Shown: piece by piece, positions 14,657 through 16,667 of the stretch
How the letters are laid out: every line of letters begins with the position of its first letter
How positions within the stretch are numbered: the first letter of the stretch is position 1
Assembly: GCA_037443365.1 (NCBI GenBank)
Contig: JBBIOM010000038.1
Span: 1-16,667, forward strand
Direction of reading: 5' to 3'
Origin: Armatimonadota bacterium
Lineage (GTDB): Bacteria > Sysuimicrobiota > Sysuimicrobiia > Sysuimicrobiales > Humicultoraceae
Length of the DNA: 16,667 nucleotides
Notes under the pieces: generated by a model
Databases searched by the model: none
What the model was told of the DNA's origin: nothing
The model's input: only the letters and a program-made list of their open reading frames with translations
Translations under genes and position numbers: made by a program

Positions 14657-16636
14657 ATGCACCGGTCTCATGGAACCGAGCAAGGCGTCGCCCTCGTCAC
14701 GGTGATGCTGGCGATCTTCATCCTCACCATAGTCGTGGCCGCGATGGCCGTGGCCACGATGGGCGAGAGCGTGCTCTCGCAGGACCAGTTGAAGGGCCAG
14801 CAGGCGCTGGCGGTGGCCGAGGCAGGCGCCTACCGGGCCCTGGCCGAACTGCGCCGCCGGCTATCCGTGGACCTGGATCTGCAGATACGTCAGCCGTCGG
14901 TCAGACGAACCGACGTTCGGAACATCTGCCGCTCGAGGGACACGGCGCCGCCCGACCCGAACCTCGAGATGGTTGACATCCTGGCGAACTACGCCTTTCC
15001 GATTGCGCTTGGCGCAAGCGACTGGGAGCGGCCCGACCGGGCTACCGCGGCCCTGCGGATCGGGATCCCGTCGGCCCGCATCAGGATGAGCGACCGGGCC
15101 TCGGGTGCGGCCCTCGGCGACTTCTACGCCACGATTGCGGTCCGGCCGTCGGGCCGAGCCGCGACCTGCCGGACAGACCCCAACAACCCGGAGCAGTTCG
15201 TGATGTGGTTCGACTACGCCATCATGTCGGTCGGACGTTCGGGCAACGCCACCCGCACGGTTTGCCTGCGCAGCCAGGGCGCCGACCGGTGCACCAACTG
15301 GTTCCCTCAGGTGAGCGGCGGCTGGCAAGGCAGCTACGCGCGCAGCGGCGGCGCCTACTCGGGGTGGCCTGTTCTGATCGAGAACGCCTCGTTCGCCCAG
15401 AATGCGATTGCGATCCTGGGCGGCGGCGATGTGTGGCTCTTCACCGGCACAAGCATCTATGGCCCGGTGCACTCCAACACCCGGATCTGGATCGCGGGGA
15501 ACCCCGAGCTGTACGACGCGGTCACGCAGCGCGACCCCGAGATGCGGTTCCTGAACTGCGGCATGCCCACCGACATCACCATTCCGTTGCCGTCGGATCC
15601 GCCGCCGAATCCCAACCTGACGCTTCGGACGGCGTGCGACAACACCGCCGGGAGCACGTTCCGCAGCACCGTGCGCCAACGCCTTAGCCGTATGGAGGTG
15701 CCGACCGACAACAACATGGCGCGCGTCGCGGCCGGCGTGTCGCCGCCGGGAGGCGCTAACCCCTCCGGCGCGCGGGTGCGGGAAAACACGACGGACGACG
15801 AGTACTTCGGGATGGCGTCGGGACCGCTCAGCAACGGGCTCTACGTCATGGATAACTGCGGGGCCGCGACCTGCGGCGGGATCTATGTTAGCGGCAACAT
15901 AACGCAAATGGTGCTCTCAAGCGAGGGCGGGATGCAGGTGATCCGGCTCGCGGTTCCAAGCGACCCCAACCCCTTGAGGCGCAACCTGAAGCTTGTGATA
16001 GACCCGACGACCGGAGCCGTCACGCTCTTCTGGGACTACCGGGGCGGGGATACGTGGGCGCAGTCGCGCGCCTACGGGGCGGGCACATTCAACGGCGTGT
16101 TCTACACCAGCGGTGGCATCATCTCAGGCGGGCTGTACGGCACCGTGAACAAGGACATGCGGCTCACCATAGCCGCCGAAGGCGAGATAAGGATAACGCA
16201 GCACCTGGTCTATCAGACGCCGCCGGCCGGGCCCGGACACAACCCGACGAACGTGTTGGGGCTCTACTCGATTGGCGGAAATGTCACGATCGTCGGGTCC
16301 GTGACGCCCAACGACCTCTACGTGGATGCCGTTGTGATGGCGCCCGCAGGCAGGTTCTGGGTGGAGGGCTACGACACGCTGCCGGACAAAGGGGACGTGT
16401 ACGCGCTGGGCGGGAGCATACAGGGTACGTTTGGCGCCTTCGGCCTGTTCGACCCGCTCCGGGGGTACGGGCGCAAGGCCACGTACGACTGGCGGCTGCG
16501 CTCCAACGTGGCGCCGCCGTTCTTCCCCATGATGGATACCTACACCGCCGTGCGCTACCCCAGCCCGGCCGTGGTGTTCGCGAACGGCGATCCGCTCTAT
16601 GACAGGCCCCAGTGGGAGGAGATGGTCGGGCTGTGA
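14657..16636 (+). CDS. Large PilX/GspK-like pilin with an extended C-terminal domain (DUF4900-like)
   Basis: EQG|VALVTVMLAIFILTIVVAAM (no Glu+5, typical of PilX/GspK), ALAVAEAG motif, GPVHSN, NVLGLYSIGGNV, and C-terminal GYGRKATYDWRL...PPFFP; eight Cys. GAGGTG at 14645-14650 favours ATG 14657 (alternatives GTG 14648 and ATG 14651). The DUF4900 label is from recall. Confidence 0.8.
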   Translation: MHRSHGTEQGVALVTVMLAIFILTIVVAAMAVATMGESVLSQDQLKGQQALAVAEAGAYRALAELRRRLSVDLDLQIRQPSVRRTDVRNICRSRDTAPPDPNLEMVDILANYAFPIALGASDWERPDRATAALRIGIPSARIRMSDRASGAALGDFYATIAVRPSGRAATCRTDPNNPEQFVMWFDYAIMSVGRSGNATRTVCLRSQGADRCTNWFPQVSGGWQGSYARSGGAYSGWPVLIENASFAQNAIAILGGGDVWLFTGTSIYGPVHSNTRIWIAGNPELYDAVTQRDPEMRFLNCGMPTDITIPLPSDPPPNPNLTLRTACDNTAGSTFRSTVRQRLSRMEVPTDNNMARVAAGVSPPGGANPSGARVRENTTDDEYFGMASGPLSNGLYVMDNCGAATCGGIYVSGNITQMVLSSEGGMQVIRLAVPSDPNPLRRNLKLVIDPTTGAVTLFWDYRGGDTWAQSRAYGAGTFNGVFYTSGGIISGGLYGTVNKDMRLTIAAEGEIRITQHLVYQTPPAGPGHNPTNVLGLYSIGGNVTIVGSVTPNDLYVDAVVMAPAGRFWVEGYDTLPDKGDVYALGGSIQGTFGAFGLFDPLRGYGRKATYDWRLRSNVAPPFFPMMDTYTAVRYPSPAVVFANGDPLYDRPQWEEMVGL

Positions 16637-16667
16637 CCGCTCAGGGGGATCCTGCGGCGCGCAGGGG
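16633..16667 (+). other. Either the start of a coupled downstream gene or a GC-rich hairpin
   Basis: A GTGA overlap opens MTAQGDPAARRG to the window edge. The same bases form CCTGCG-GCG-CGCAGG (16651-16665). Not resolvable within the window. Confidence 0.3.

Noticed and set aside
14135-14683. Minus-strand ORF with a striking (VAVGV)n pattern
   Set aside because: It is the reverse complement of the Thr-X repeat (ACN codons give Val on the other strand); there is no independent evidence of coding.

Overview
A high-GC bacterial cell-envelope locus, almost entirely on the + strand, with most genes overlapping or abutting. In order: a sigma70-type promoter followed by a deleted and frameshifted PemK/MazF toxin relic that is absent from the ORF track; a Wzx-type flippase; an intact RHH-antitoxin/MazF-toxin pair with a palindromic operator; a GT2-GtrA fusion resembling polyprenol-phosphate-mannose synthase; a MoxR/DUF58/transglutaminase triad; a protein O-mannosyltransferase (PMT, GT39); an inverted GT-C glycosyltransferase; two tandem paralogous GT-C-like membrane proteins; a SAM methyltransferase; and three type IV minor-pilin-like genes (PilV-, PilW- and PilX-like). 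The PilW-like pilin ends in a 108-aa tail containing 51 Thr, 10 Arg and no acidic residues. The main hypothesis, which is inference, is a lipid-donor protein O-glycosylation pathway (donor synthase/flippase, initiating PMT, three candidate elongating GT-C enzymes, candidate capping methyltransferase) encoded next to a likely substrate, a mucin-tailed minor pilin, and translationally coupled to a MoxR-transglutaminase module. All family calls come from motif recognition by eye; no searches were run.
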